From assembly GCA_000165345.1 (NCBI GenBank), contig CM000432.1:128001-192000 (forward strand): 64,000 bases of DNA, given 5' to 3'. Shown one piece after another: positions 8,801 through 19,406 of the stretch (position 1 is the first letter of the stretch; each line of letters opens with the position of its first letter). Position numbers and translations under genes: made by a program. Under the pieces are notes generated by a model that saw nothing but the letters and a program-made list of their open reading frames with translations, was not told the origin of the DNA and did not search any database.

Positions 8801-11245
8801 GGAGGTGGAGCTCAATTAGGATCTTCCAATTTTACTCCTCTTCCAAGCGGAATACCTGCCCATTTATTAGCTCCAGGAAATCTTCCTTCTGCAACTAGTG
8901 TTGAGGAGTATCTATCTCGTTTACCTGGGATTGATATACAGCTAAAGCTGATCGATTATTCCCTGGATAGGTATCGCCAGAGTACAATGGGAGGAAGATA
9001 CGGAGGCACTGGGATTTTGATGTCGACTTCTTCAACATGTAGAAAGCCTCAATTACCCGAGTTTTTGCTACAGCGCTCGGTAATTAATAGCGGAGCTAAT
9101 TCAGGGATAGTTGGTGGTGGACAACAGGGGGCCAATATTCATGGAGTTGGTCAACATGTTGGAATGATGCCCCCTCAACAGGGGATGATTCATCAGGGAG
9201 GAGGCGTCAGTAGTGGTGTGGGAGGCGATCAGCAAGTTCCTTTGCAACAGTCATCTTACACCCCTCCAGTAATCTCCGGACAACCCGGTCAGATGATTCT
9301 TCCAAATAACCAGATGATTAAGATGAAAAAGAGAGAGATTAACCAGAAACAGGTGGTTGCTCAGGCAAGCAATATAAAGAGGAGGAAAACCAATATGATT
9401 CCTCCCAACTCCCAACCAAATAGCATGATGGGGCCAAATGGAGTTCAAGGGGAAATGATTCAGTCTCATGGAAGGATTGGGATGATGCAGGGAATACCTC
9501 CACATATGGGGGGAGCAGGCCAGGGAATTCCACAGCCACATTCCCATCCTCATTCTCATCACCTTCAACAGCAACAACCTGGTTCCTCTTCTCAGTTACA
9601 GCCTCAGCAATATCAGGCTCAACAGTACTATCCACAACAACATCCGCAACAACATCCACAACAACAACAGCAGCACCCACAACAGCAACATCATCAACAG
9701 CAAATACAACAGAACCAGCATTCGATTCCCCAAGTTCAACATCATCACCAGCAGTACCAGCAACAACAGCAGCAGCAACAACAGCAGCAGCAACAACAGC
9801 AGCAGCAACAGCAACAGCAACAGCAGCATCAACAACAACAGCACCCTCACTCTCACCCCCATGTTCAGCAACAACCAATCCAGGGACAAACACACACTCA
9901 ACATACTTCATCTCACCCTTCATTAGGTAATTCCCAAATGCACCTCTCTATGCAACAAATGCAACAACAAAAATACAATCAGTATCACTCACAACAGGTA
10001 ACTCCCCAAGCCCAGTCTTCCCACCAACAACATCATATAGGTAATCCATATCAACAAACCCAAAATCAGGGCCAATATCATTCTCAGCAAATGGGAATGA
10101 TGCAGGGTCCAGTGGTTGGACCTGATATGCATGGAGGAAATTCTACTGCAGGAGCCTATGGCCAGAGTATGGGCACTAAGAGGGGAGTTCAACCTGGAGG
10201 AATGAACCACCCCTCTGCACAGATGATGAATACTCAGGGTTCCCATGGAGCTGTAGGCGGTATCGGGAGTGTCTCATCTTCGTCTATAGTCGGAAGTAAT
10301 GGTAATAGCGGTAATAGTGTTGGTATTGGAAATAGTGGGAATGGAGGAAGTATGTCTAGGCAGGTGAATACTTATATGGGATACTCTGGTATGCAAAACA
10401 GAGGAGGGAACGGGCCCGGCGATATGAACTCCGGGATGGGAGAAGGCGTAATGGGAGTTGGGATAAACGTGAATGGGCCTGGACAAGCTCCAGGGGTAGC
10501 TTCGCACCAAGTTTCTACAAGCGGCCGACTTATTCCTCCATCTTCGTCAATGGATGGCCAGAGGTACAGTAATGCAAGCTCAAATGCAAGTAGCATGAAT
10601 GGGGTTGGAGTAGGAGGAGGTGGAGTCTCTGGATCAAGTTCGGGATTACCATCAAATGAGAATAGCATTTCAGGAACTCACAAGATGGTGGCGGGAGGTG
10701 TCCCTCAACATCAACAACAGCCTCAGTCAATGCAGAAACTAGGAGTATCCAATCCTGGATATATTGGAGGTGGGAGTACTGGTACAATAGGAGGAAATAA
10801 CTCCGAAATGTGGGTTGGCGCTGGAAATGTAGATTTGGTAACAGGAGGAGGCCCTACTTCATCACAGTCTCTTCCAGTAGTTCGCCATCAATCACACTCA
10901 AATATTGGAAGCGGAATTCCTCATGGTACGGGTATGATCAGTGGAGGAGGTGGAGGAATGCATTCTGATACACACTTAGGACCTTCTATTAAGCAAAACT
11001 CAATGAATCAGCATTACAGTAATTTGAATGGAGATTTGAATTCTAATATTGGAGCAGCAGCAACTTCAGTAGGAGGAGCTTTGAATGGAGTCCAGGTCAC
11101 TGGTGGTATGGATGAAGGGGTAAGTATTACTGGAACTGGTCATAGTACTACAAATTCTACTAATACAGGAGTAATTTCGACTTCTAATTTAAACATTAAT
11201 ATTGCTGATAAAACTAATAACAACATCAATAGTAATTCCCAATGA
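5828..11245 (+). CDS. Eaf1/Vid21-like HSA + SANT protein (platform subunit of the NuA4/TIP60-type histone acetyltransferase complex), followed by ~900 aa of Gln/His/Gly/Asn-rich low complexity
   Basis: The HSA signature SQWDFLLQEMTWMSKDYYEERRWKIYAARRLSQMV (compare HWDYLLEEMxWMSxDFxxERKWK in Eaf1/p400/Domino) is followed by a SANT/Myb-like block WDTSEDIILVYFVSQY...RMKTAKQCQERWNFL. No ATPase domain is present, so the architecture is Eaf1-like rather than p400/Swr1. The ORF track opens at a GTG at 5804; the first ATG is 5828. Confidence 0.6.
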   Translation: MLNRLYMAEKALSILRSGNAIPYPEPQGSVRSQWDFLLQEMTWMSKDYYEERRWKIYAARRLSQMVQNYWRKKMLNLERHISSKCSALIQSFWLGIADNVDPELIPNDLKPYTMVVQPAPVGEDGQANASKRRLYNYCIRQFERSLYECEKLNELTKTSNDNNKEKNVENVSENEIPASPMSIDIDHDNESCQWVVDEDLLLQLDPLVFVKTAIPPTASSTDIIDLDNIQNKGSSTNQNIGSSALGGTNANTNASNTGNTVGSSSKSSSNNSAITKYSEISDLFNEFSKKQETVVDLNDYRKYLENWADTVQVLLQGPGIINTRAEYRPPNFHLDSKNYLVAPRSNFLEMEDISLILSLFVLAVDHLPAFLNRYMASSPSNVVYRSSGGMISGSSSHESMVNDFNVESKRKSRRRAASNTKKISGVMPPPIQSSVSMPHGVSGGIGLPQSSAVSSVGGAMGGGVAGGAVSASGGISGPSTVPMVGDQSTSFDILAYADTWDTSEDIILVYFVSQYSSTPSCGVLSKKLVPTTNWNLIALSHNYFFGALYGRMKTAKQCQERWNFLNRDEIDGSSIEHVEKNVSKDKATEEEAVSNNGELSGNASNKEAASAIVMTEGNDTGNVTKSDIDRLMKREKQIRIMPNLNKRYIISSTLLKHLKEFSKSLEDSEGSENKAENGCPKVASEEVGGELTGTIDSSSMKDSKELEKMESNVTDGKAIYGDNLLYFKKKIIPKMTILDLIEKSNNVRSKTENHLESNSGSNNDNSTGSSILASQNNQGSEGTHNEVKSQNIVSNNEDGECTNRGNNKGSNNIKTVSSYQREQLELLSSIVSKFGANMRKRSLQNQQFQDSFQITSYLQTIQQNYGSNILQDGVLPPHQSHANLVAHVNQMLNQHIESTMANYNNTGGGNVGNNTSTSTNTGGVNTNPNNAGTSNANAGGNNINGNVNNNIGGGGSIVGNNSNGVINSGSGGPSTSSNMPNHTQGNSGTQMGGGAQLGSSNFTPLPSGIPAHLLAPGNLPSATSVEEYLSRLPGIDIQLKLIDYSLDRYRQSTMGGRYGGTGILMSTSSTCRKPQLPEFLLQRSVINSGANSGIVGGGQQGANIHGVGQHVGMMPPQQGMIHQGGGVSSGVGGDQQVPLQQSSYTPPVISGQPGQMILPNNQMIKMKKREINQKQVVAQASNIKRRKTNMIPPNSQPNSMMGPNGVQGEMIQSHGRIGMMQGIPPHMGGAGQGIPQPHSHPHSHHLQQQQPGSSSQLQPQQYQAQQYYPQQHPQQHPQQQQQHPQQQHHQQQIQQNQHSIPQVQHHHQQYQQQQQQQQQQQQQQQQQQQQQQQHQQQQHPHSHPHVQQQPIQGQTHTQHTSSHPSLGNSQMHLSMQQMQQQKYNQYHSQQVTPQAQSSHQQHHIGNPYQQTQNQGQYHSQQMGMMQGPVVGPDMHGGNSTAGAYGQSMGTKRGVQPGGMNHPSAQMMNTQGSHGAVGGIGSVSSSSIVGSNGNSGNSVGIGNSGNGGSMSRQVNTYMGYSGMQNRGGNGPGDMNSGMGEGVMGVGINVNGPGQAPGVASHQVSTSGRLIPPSSSMDGQRYSNASSNASSMNGVGVGGGGVSGSSSGLPSNENSISGTHKMVAGGVPQHQQQPQSMQKLGVSNPGYIGGGSTGTIGGNNSEMWVGAGNVDLVTGGGPTSSQSLPVVRHQSHSNIGSGIPHGTGMISGGGGGMHSDTHLGPSIKQNSMNQHYSNLNGDLNSNIGAAATSVGGALNGVQVTGGMDEGVSITGTGHSTTNSTNTGVISTSNLNINIADKTNNNINSNSQ
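9750..9840 (+). repeat. (CAG/CAA)n microsatellite encoding a ~37-residue poly-Gln run inside the Eaf1-like CDS, flanked by HSHPHSHH His-Pro repeats
   Basis: Direct reading shows the cagcaacaacagcagcag... array. The opposite-strand Leu-rich ORFs at 9339..9923 and 9596..9904 are artefacts of this repeat. Confidence 0.9.
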
Positions 11246-12286
11246 GAAGCTTTTATAGAGAAGACATAAATATTGTTGATTATTTGTAAATAGAGGTATT
11301 CTATATATTGCTAATTTATTGGGTCTTTCTGTAATACAGAATCTTTTTAGAATTAATAATATAAGGTGAATGACTTTGAAATTCTTTTTCAAATAATATT
11401 ACAGTAGCATACACAAATTAATGAAGAATATAATCTTCTCTTTCTATGATATTTATACTTTGACAATGTGAGAGGACAAAAGATGAAAAGGAGTACGAGT
11501 TTTAAAGTTACTTTTTGCAAGTATACATATTATAAACGCATTATGAAAGATATTAAAGGCTTAATACTTCTTTAAATTTCTAAATGTTCTTAGTTAAACA
11601 TCTTGAATGGGAAGAAGAAGAGTAGAGGAAAAAAAGAACCATTTATGTTTGGTTTTACTTGCTATTATATTAAACTTGCATACAAAATTGTGAAAAATTT
11701 ATTCTATAATTAAGTTAAATGTAAAAAGAAAAATGGATAAAGGAATTAAATTAATTGTTATATTGTTATTTTTTAAAATAGAAAACTATATATTAATTAC
11801 ATCTTAAATACTATTTACTACTTAGCATACGATGAGAACATAGAAAGTAGATTATTAGATATTAATTTAAACATAATACTTATAATTTTTTTGCGATTTT
11901 AATTCAAATAGACTTGAATTTCATTACTCAAGGTAAGTCCCTAATTGATCTCTTTCTCAAATTTGGTTTCTATTCTATTTAAATTAATATAGTGGGAACT
12001 AAAAAAAAAAGGAAAAAATAGTCACAATTTCAAATGAAGTAGAATGGATGTTTTTTCAATTAGAAAAGTAGATAATCTATGAATTTCAGCAATTTTCATT
12101 TCGCAAAATTTAGAAATATCACCCAGGAAAAGAAAGAACTACTTATATATATGAAAGCAAAAATGCACACACGTATTCTTTTGGATTCTAAGATAGAAAG
12201 TATGAGCTTAAGAATTCCATAAATTTTATCTTAGACTTCCCGAATTTTCTATAACACAGATAATCTGAAACATAAAGTTAATATAT

Positions 12287-12343
<57 letters not shown>

Positions 12344-13203
12344 TGAAATGAAATATTTATATCGTTCATTATCTCAACTTGGTTAAAAAAACAATGACGT
12401 GTTTTGGCGGCACATGTGGGGAAAGGATTTTTTGTGGGATTGCAAGTATTGAAGAGAAATAAGTATTATGGGTGTTTAAGTGAGAAATATTTAATGAGTG
12501 TTTTTTTTAAATAAATTAGTTGAGCAGGAAAATTGAAGTTTTCCTTTAATATTCGACGGAAGGCAGAGATAAGAGAGAGAGAGTTATCTCACCTCAATCT
12601 TTTTGATTGGAAAGGGTCAGAAAGAGTCTTAGCTAATGTCGTGTTGAAGCGGGGAAAGTTTCCAAATTGTTAATTATACGATTTCAGAATATTGTTTGAA
12701 CAATAGCAGGAGGAAGCATTTCAATCTTTTGAAACTTTAATGGCTATCATTTACAGAAATTGAAAGGGCTATTGTTCAAATTAATAGATCAATTCTTCAA
12801 GATTTAAGTGGCAATATAATAATAATATTATTATATTTTGAACATTAAAAGTATTTGCATGCAAATTTACTTGAGCTTATTTAAATAAATTTTTGGATAA
12901 TAAATAAATTTGTTATATTATCTAATTACTTTAGAACTAGAGGAAAAAGAAAGTTGTAAAAGATATTTGGATAAACTAATATATAAAGACTTATCTTGTT
13001 TCTTCTTGGGTAAAATATGGAATAAGAGTTTGTTCAATTTCATTGGAGTAGTTAAAAATTCTGATTAAGCGAATAATAAATATTTAAATAATAAATTGAT
13101 AATTAATAATTACATGTATTAATTTATAAATATTGATTAATTAACATATTATACCATTCCCGAGATTCCATTAGAAGAAAAAAGATAGAGATATTTTGAA
13201 TCC

Positions 13204-14361
13204 ATGATGAGAAGCAAAAGATTGAGTTATATCCCAACTTTTGAGGATGAAAATGATTTTAAAAGCAATGATTTGAAAAAGGAAATGAATGATCAAGCTA
13301 TGGAAATTGATAATGACTGTGGTTGTGATTACGAAGACTTGGTCACTCGTGATAATACTGAGAATGAAAGAGAAGATGGAGAAATTGAGATGATTGATGA
13401 AAATGACGAAAATGAGCAAGAGGAGGGTTTATACAAGGATATTGATGGTGACGATGAAGATGATTATGAAGAAAGTGAAGAGGGAAGCGATACTATTTTT
13501 CCATTAATTTCTGAACCTTTGAAAACTTTTGTTACAGTAAATCCAGCAACACTTGAAGATGAAGAACTTTGGCCATTATCTAGTTTGAAAAGCTTATGCG
13601 AATATGTGGGAATTTCGGTCAAGGGAAATAGGAGGTGCATATTAAATAGATTACAAGCTTGGAATGGAGCTCCATTATCTGGAGCTGGCCATCCAGACTC
13701 ATATGATACGCGTTCAGCAAGATTTCATACTGTTCCAATGGCGTTTTTAGAAAAAAATAAGGTAGATCAGAGAAACAAAACAAGAAGTTGTTTAGAAAAT
13801 AAGATGGAGAAGAACAGAAGCTCTCTAGGAATGAAAGATTCTTTAAATGAAAATGGGAATATAGTTGGTGAACATCGAGAATTTGATGAGAGTGAAGGCA
13901 AAAGTAATAATCTTAAAAGCTTTCATTCTCCTTGTATTATTAAAAGAATGGAGTCATTAACTTCAACCCCCGTAACATCTTCTAAAAGAGAAATAAAGTC
14001 GTGTTTGAATACCACAAGTACTCCTAGAAAGAAATTAACACAAACCTCAAAGTCAGCTGGGAGAATTTGTTTTTCACCTTACAACCATGTAAGAGTTTTT
14101 GTATCGAACCCAGGGGAGAGAGAACTCAATATGGATCCTGACTCAATTTTAAGGCTGATTGACGATTATGATTATGAGTTTGAAGAAGATGATAATCGGT
14201 TATTAGGAGAATCTTGCAATACAAATACAAACAATTTAGTGAACGAATTTCAAAATAAGGAGACTTTTTTGATAACTAATAAGGATTATGTTGATGAAGA
14301 GAATAGTAACAAGAGCAACTTCTGGAGTAATTCTGCAAGTGTTTTTGCATCAAATGAATAA
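13204..14361 (+). CDS. Acidic SAP-domain protein of unknown function (possible chromatin or mitotic protein)
   Basis: A 385-aa ORF from a real ATG. A D/E-rich N-terminus is followed by a SAP-like helix-extended-helix (LSSLKSLCEYVGISVKGNRRCILNRLQAW) and a C-terminal Ser/Thr-Pro and basic cluster (TSTPVTSSKREIK...TSTPRKK). The domain call rests on pattern recognition alone. Confidence 0.5.
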   Translation: MMRSKRLSYIPTFEDENDFKSNDLKKEMNDQAMEIDNDCGCDYEDLVTRDNTENEREDGEIEMIDENDENEQEEGLYKDIDGDDEDDYEESEEGSDTIFPLISEPLKTFVTVNPATLEDEELWPLSSLKSLCEYVGISVKGNRRCILNRLQAWNGAPLSGAGHPDSYDTRSARFHTVPMAFLEKNKVDQRNKTRSCLENKMEKNRSSLGMKDSLNENGNIVGEHREFDESEGKSNNLKSFHSPCIIKRMESLTSTPVTSSKREIKSCLNTTSTPRKKLTQTSKSAGRICFSPYNHVRVFVSNPGERELNMDPDSILRLIDDYDYEFEEDDNRLLGESCNTNTNNLVNEFQNKETFLITNKDYVDEENSNKSNFWSNSASVFASNE

Positions 14362-14555
14362 TTAGTTAATTAGATACCATTTTCAAAACAAATTAATATT
14401 TAGTTTTGAAGGATAAATAGTAATTTGTCGATTAGTAGAGTAATATATCAATCAGTTGATAAAATTTAAATTCTTTAACAATCTACAATTAGGAAAGAAT
14501 AGTAAAATTAAAGAAAAATGAGTAATTAATATCTACTTGTTATAATTAAAATAAT

Positions 14556-15707
14556 CTATTGTTTATCCTTTTTATCTTCTGAATCACTCTTATTAAGCTG
14601 TCTTAAAGCATCCTGGATTCTTGGATCATTAATATCAACTCCTGGGATTCCTTGAATAAGTCCTTCAATAGAGTTTGGATCACTTGTACTTCCAGCTTGA
14701 GCATTATTCCCTTGGTTAGGATTTGTAGAAGTATTAGATGTATTTTCAGAAGTGGATGTACCTTGTTGCTGATTACTAGTATTAGTGTTATTGGTGGAAT
14801 CATTGCCAGAAAAGTCTTGAATAGAGAGCAAAAGAGCTTGCCTAAGCTCATCATCAACTTCCATAGCATTAATCTCATTGATAGTTGGGATAGAGTCAAA
14901 ATTATTGGTTGTTGATTGTCCTTGTGCAGAGTTAGCAGGCTCTGCAGATGAGGGATTTCCTTCAGTATTGCCTTCGAGCCTCATCTGACGGTTTCTTTCC
15001 TCCTCCATTGACATCCTAAGTGCCATATAAAGCTCAGGATCAGCGTTAGGATCAATTCCAAACTCAAATCCAGAAGTTTCTCCAGCAGCTCCAGCAAGCC
15101 CATCTGCATAAACTCCAGAGGAAGTTCCTTCTCCAAGAACAATGGGAGATGCCATGAGTGCATCAGTTAAGTTTGTAGGAGCAGCAACCTCTACGAAGTT
15201 ACTGGTATTATCATTATTTGCAGCATTTACTAATGCTTGGAGTCTTTCTCTATTCACGAGAATCTCTCCAAAACTAATAATATCGATAGAAACATTGTTC
15301 TTCTTCAAAACTTTTCCAAGCTTCTCTAGCTGTTTCTCAGTTAAGTCGTCTTCTAGAGGACTACCAACAAAACATACAATTCTTTGCCTTAGATTTTTAT
15401 TAAGTCTATGCTTTAGAGCCAATTGTGCGATTTGTATTCCTCTGAGAAGATCAATCTTCCCATTAAGCCGAATCCCATCCATTGCATGCATGGTCTTACT
15501 TAAATCTGATGTTGGTGTTACCCTCAATTCAATTCTTTCGCCTGCCATTGATAGTATTCCAACAAGATTTTCTGGATTCTGCTGAGTTTTGATTCCGGAG
15601 ATAAAGTTAGTTGCATCTTGCTGTTGGAGCATTCTTGATGTTCCGTAGTCACCATTTCTTGAATAGTTTGAATTATCCAAACAAATTACTGTTGCTTCCA
15701 AAGTCAT
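14556..15707 (-). CDS. RPN10: 26S proteasome regulatory subunit Rpn10/PSMD4 (ubiquitin receptor: VWA domain plus two UIMs)
   Basis: MTLEATVICLDNSNYSRNGDY...IVCFVGSP matches the Rpn10 VWA N-terminus. The C-terminus has UIM-like DPELYMALRMSMEEE and DDELRQALLLSIQDF. The ORF track opens at a TTG at 15773; the first ATG is 15707. Confidence 0.8.
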   Translation of the reverse strand: MTLEATVICLDNSNYSRNGDYGTSRMLQQQDATNFISGIKTQQNPENLVGILSMAGERIELRVTPTSDLSKTMHAMDGIRLNGKIDLLRGIQIAQLALKHRLNKNLRQRIVCFVGSPLEDDLTEKQLEKLGKVLKKNNVSIDIISFGEILVNRERLQALVNAANNDNTSNFVEVAAPTNLTDALMASPIVLGEGTSSGVYADGLAGAAGETSGFEFGIDPNADPELYMALRMSMEEERNRQMRLEGNTEGNPSSAEPANSAQGQSTTNNFDSIPTINEINAMEVDDELRQALLLSIQDFSGNDSTNNTNTSNQQQGTSTSENTSNTSTNPNQGNNAQAGSTSDPNSIEGLIQGIPGVDINDPRIQDALRQLNKSDSEDKKDKQ

Positions 15708-15917
15708 TGTTACTAATTTTCTAACCTTTCCAATGTATTCCTTCGTTTCTTTAAGTTTAGTTCTTCCTTTCAACGTACTTTTACTGGAATGATATCAGTC
15801 CAAGGCTATTGCCATTCTATTTATATATTAATTTTATTCAAAACTGATAAATCTCGTAAATTGTACACTAGCTTATTTTACAAGTATTATTTAAAAATAA
15901 TATTTAACTCCCCTCAA

Positions 15918-15926
15918 TGGCGCCAA
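15918..15926. promoter_or_regulatory. E2F-like site TGGCGCCAA in the divergent Rpn10 / V-ATPase-C promoter
   Basis: An isolated GC-rich nonamer in AT-rich DNA, matching the TTTGGCGCC/GGCGCCAA class reported as over-represented upstream of Cryptosporidium genes. Confidence 0.45.
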
Positions 15927-16702
15927 TAATTGTGTATAAAATAATTATTATTTTAGCAGAAAAAAAATTGCATATAAAATCTAAATAAGATTTAGGGGGA
16001 AGGTAAATGAATTATCAAAAAATTTAGTATATTTATTAAATCATACAAAAACAGTTAGAGCATTGCTATTATTAACTTCTCTAGGATTAATGAATTAAGA
16101 TTTGAACCTCGTTAATTATTTTTAGTTAAATGTAATTATATATTAATAAGTAACTAGATTCTAATTTAATACCAAATAATTATTGATCTATACCAATTTA
16201 AAGTATTTAGCTTCCCTGTTCAATATCGATTGCTTAAATTATTTATCAGGAAGTGTTTTCTTTTTTCTAGAGCAATCCTTTTTCTTAGTAAAAATTGCTT
16301 ATTTAAGTAGGCAGGTTGAAAACTTTAAACCTTGGAAAAAATATGGCGGCAACCGGGGAATTTTTTTTTAATTATAAATATTTTATTGATATATATTTTT
16401 TTTAAAATATTATTTACAAGTTAATAGGGGCGAAAAAAAATAAATATATTTGGGACGAGGGAACAAAAAAAAAAAAAAAAGTTAATTATTACAAGTTATC
16501 TAAGCAAAAAGGAATATTTTGTAATAAATCAACAAATATCTAGGTCAATTTATGGAGGAAGAAAATAAACAGTGATTAATTAAAAGCGAGTATTTATTAC
16601 AATATAAAGGATTAAAAAAATTGGATAACGCCATTATTATTAATCATTATTTAAACAACTAAAAGTTTTAGTAGATATTTGTTAGTGATTTAGTGAGCTA
16701 AT

Positions 16703-17974
16703 ATGGGATCATCTGATAGCAATAAGGAATCTCAAACTCAACAATATTTGATAGTGGCATGTGCCTTAACTGAAAATAGTAAGGATTCGATTAAAGATGA
16801 ACTTATAAAGAGTTCAAAGAATATTAGCTCAAATGTGAGTGTACTGGATTTTGACGTTCCATTTTCACTAAAGTTTGGAGCATTTGACGATTTAGTCAAG
16901 TTAGTGGACGATTTAGCCAAACATGATACCGGTGTAGAGGTTGTTTTGAGGAGAGTAGAAAGATTGGGTCTAGAACTAGACCCTGGAATGGAATTGAGAA
17001 TCATTTGGCAAAGAAGTTCATATACAATACAACAATATTTGAGAAGTTTCTCCTGGGATCATGCTAAATTTCCTAAAGAAAGATCAATGAAGGAGAATTT
17101 GGCAGCATTGTTACAATCAGTCTCTAAATTGGATACAGATTTAAGAGCAAAATCTGCTCAATTTAACGAGGTAAAGGCTTCAGTTCAAAATAGTTTTGGG
17201 AAATCAGCAACTCAAGGTTCTTCAAATTCAGGTAATGGCGCAGAAAGTGGAACTTCTAATACTAGTGGCAACAATTTAATAGTAGTATCTGGAACTTTGA
17301 ATACAAAAGACTTAACTGATGTAATTACACCAGAATGTATTGAAAGTGGCGACATTGTGGATACTGAGCATATTATTACTGTTTTTGTGATTGTTCCAAA
17401 AGGAAACAAGGAAAACTTCTTAAGTAGTTATGAAAGCTTTGACAAATATGTTGTTCCAAAGTCTGCCAAATTCATTAAAGGGATTACTGACAAGGATGGA
17501 AATGAAATAACTCGGGTTTTAATATTCAAGTCTTCTGTTGAGAATTTTAAGACAAACTGTAAAAATCATAAATTTACTGTAAGAGATGACTTTAAATACT
17601 CACAAGAGAAGTATAACCATTTAATGAGTACTCGTCAAAAGCTTTTACAAGAGAAGGATAAGCAAGAAAAGTACCTTAAGAGAATGTGTTTTGCTGGATT
17701 CTCTGAAATTTTCATTTCTTGGATACATGTTAAGGCTATGAGATGCTTTGTTGAGGCTGTATTACGCTATGGAGTCCCACCACAATTTGCCTCATTCATG
17801 ATTAGTATGGATTCAAATCAGTCAAAATTGAAGAAGGTCCAGAATTCTGTAGAGAAGGTATTCACTGAAATGGGTAGAATTGGCGCTACATTCAAGTCCA
17901 ATGAGAAGGACGTTGATGACGAATACACTCCATATGTATTTCTGCAATTCTCTCCATATCAGCAATCTCTTTGA
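16703..17974 (+). CDS. V-type H+-ATPase subunit C (Vma5/ATP6V1C)
   Basis: Collinear with V1 subunit C: YLIVACALTEN..., NISSNVSVLDFDVPFSLKFGAFDDLVKLVDDLAKHD (compare [25 protein letters not shown]), and ISWIHVKAMRCFVEAVLRYGVPPQFASFMI (compare [29 protein letters not shown]). Confidence 0.8.
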   Translation: MGSSDSNKESQTQQYLIVACALTENSKDSIKDELIKSSKNISSNVSVLDFDVPFSLKFGAFDDLVKLVDDLAKHDTGVEVVLRRVERLGLELDPGMELRIIWQRSSYTIQQYLRSFSWDHAKFPKERSMKENLAALLQSVSKLDTDLRAKSAQFNEVKASVQNSFGKSATQGSSNSGNGAESGTSNTSGNNLIVVSGTLNTKDLTDVITPECIESGDIVDTEHIITVFVIVPKGNKENFLSSYESFDKYVVPKSAKFIKGITDKDGNEITRVLIFKSSVENFKTNCKNHKFTVRDDFKYSQEKYNHLMSTRQKLLQEKDKQEKYLKRMCFAGFSEIFISWIHVKAMRCFVEAVLRYGVPPQFASFMISMDSNQSKLKKVQNSVEKVFTEMGRIGATFKSNEKDVDDEYTPYVFLQFSPYQQSL

Positions 17975-18201
17975 GTTTTATATTCACCACATAATTCAAT
18001 CTATAATGAGAGGTGGAGATCTTAGAATTCAGATAGAATATTATCAATTTGTTTTATAATAGAGAGAGATGTTCTTTAATACTAATAATTTTTTTTTAAA
18101 TTTTAAATATTCAAATTAATCCTTATTTGATATCTATACTTATATTTATCTATGATTTTGTTTTTTTATGCCTAATTCTAACTATATTTTCTTTCAGTAT
18201 C

Positions 18202-19293
18202 TTAGTTTGAGTCTATGTTTGAGGATGCTGAAGCTGAAGATGGAGACCAAAGTATATCATAGTTTCTTAGTACATGCTGGCTTTGCTCACCAATTTCTTT
18301 ACTATTCATATTCTTTCGATCTTCATTTGCTCTATCTTCATCATCGTCCTTATCAGATTGCAAAATATCTCTACTAAACAAAAAGTAATTTCCAATACTA
18401 TCCTTGTTGAAATTATTAGTTTCTGTATCAACAGAACTAAAGTAGTGACTTCCATTATTCTCTGGTAAGTCGGTAGTGTTATTATCATAGAGAGCTTTAA
18501 TTTGTTGACGGACCTTTTCTTGCTGTCTTCTAATTCGTTCAATTCTCTGGGCTGTTGTATTACTTTCCTGATTCTGGTTAGTAATAACTTGAGTTTTTAC
18601 TGACTCAACTGGAGTAATAATGTTATCCTCATTAAAGCTTGTAACACAAGGTTGAGTTTCCTGCTTATATTTGGCTTCTTTTAATACTGAGGTCCAAGGT
18701 GTGTCTATATAAGCTTCCAATACGTTAATAAAAGTAAAGATAGTCTCTTGTAAGTTTATTAAGTCTTCATGAAAAAGTTCTAATTGGTCAGAAAGTCTGG
18801 ACTCCTCATTATGAGTAATATCCTTTTTAATTTGTTCAATTCCCTCTTCAAATTTAAAGTTTCCTTTCCCAAATTTGGAGGGAATGTCCCGATTGCACCA
18901 ATCTGGAACCTTATTCTGTTCAATTTTCTTTGAGCTCCCCGAAAAATTCCTTTCTTTGCCAATTAGGTTGTAGAGCTTTCTTATTTGCTCATTAAGAACA
19001 ACACTAATACTCTCTAGATTTGAAACTGAATTCTTTACTTGTTTACATTGGTATCTAAACCCTTCAAATGAAAACAATCCTCTTTTACATTCTATACATA
19101 ATAACTCAGGAATAACATTAGGCAACTCAGTTCCTAGACCCGTAGCAACACCAAACTTATCTCTTTTACAAATCACACACTCATTAGAGTCTTCAAAATT
19201 CCAAATTCCTCCTTTTGGGAGCTTTCTTTTATTATTCCCAAATAATAAATCATAAATTAGCTCTTGTTTTGCATAGTTCCTCTGACTCTGCAT
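18202..19293 (-). CDS. Hypothetical protein with a CxxC...CxxC motif pair, no family recognised
   Basis: A 363-aa ORF from an ATG with non-repetitive composition. CVICKRD...(x23)...CIECKRG could be a small zinc-binding module. An E2F-like GGCGCCAA and CATGCAA repeats lie ~100 bp upstream. Confidence 0.5.
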   Translation of the reverse strand: MQSQRNYAKQELIYDLLFGNNKRKLPKGGIWNFEDSNECVICKRDKFGVATGLGTELPNVIPELLCIECKRGLFSFEGFRYQCKQVKNSVSNLESISVVLNEQIRKLYNLIGKERNFSGSSKKIEQNKVPDWCNRDIPSKFGKGNFKFEEGIEQIKKDITHNEESRLSDQLELFHEDLINLQETIFTFINVLEAYIDTPWTSVLKEAKYKQETQPCVTSFNEDNIITPVESVKTQVITNQNQESNTTAQRIERIRRQQEKVRQQIKALYDNNTTDLPENNGSHYFSSVDTETNNFNKDSIGNYFLFSRDILQSDKDDDEDRANEDRKNMNSKEIGEQSQHVLRNYDILWSPSSASASSNIDSN

Positions 19294-19384
19294 TGTGAAT
19301 AAAGGTCTGCTAACCTGATTTAGTTTTTACTTTACTTTTAGGAAAAGTAGAAACTTTGGAGAGCTGTTTTAGTCCTTTATTAAA

Positions 19385-19406
19385 TTTTTTCATGCAAACC
19401 CCATGC
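19385..19406. promoter_or_regulatory. CATGCAA x2 plus the E2F-like GGCGCCAA, ~100 bp upstream of the 18202..19293(-) gene
   Basis: tcatgcaaaccccatgcaaggcgccaatat. Confidence 0.45.

Noticed and set aside
9339-9923. Minus-strand ORFs of 194 aa and 102 aa (9339..9923 and 9596..9904), the second Leu-rich
   Set aside because: They are antisense to the (CAG/CAA)n poly-Q tract of the Eaf1-like gene. CTG/TTG antisense codons generate poly-Leu, so these are repeat artefacts rather than genes.
7120-10787. Several 70-135-aa ORFs on the opposite strand inside the Eaf1-like gene (7120..7344, 7501..7908, 8533..8763, 10274..10787)
   Set aside because: They are embedded in, and antisense to, a long well-supported ORF. 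Their composition mirrors the sense-strand low complexity. No start context and no motif support them.
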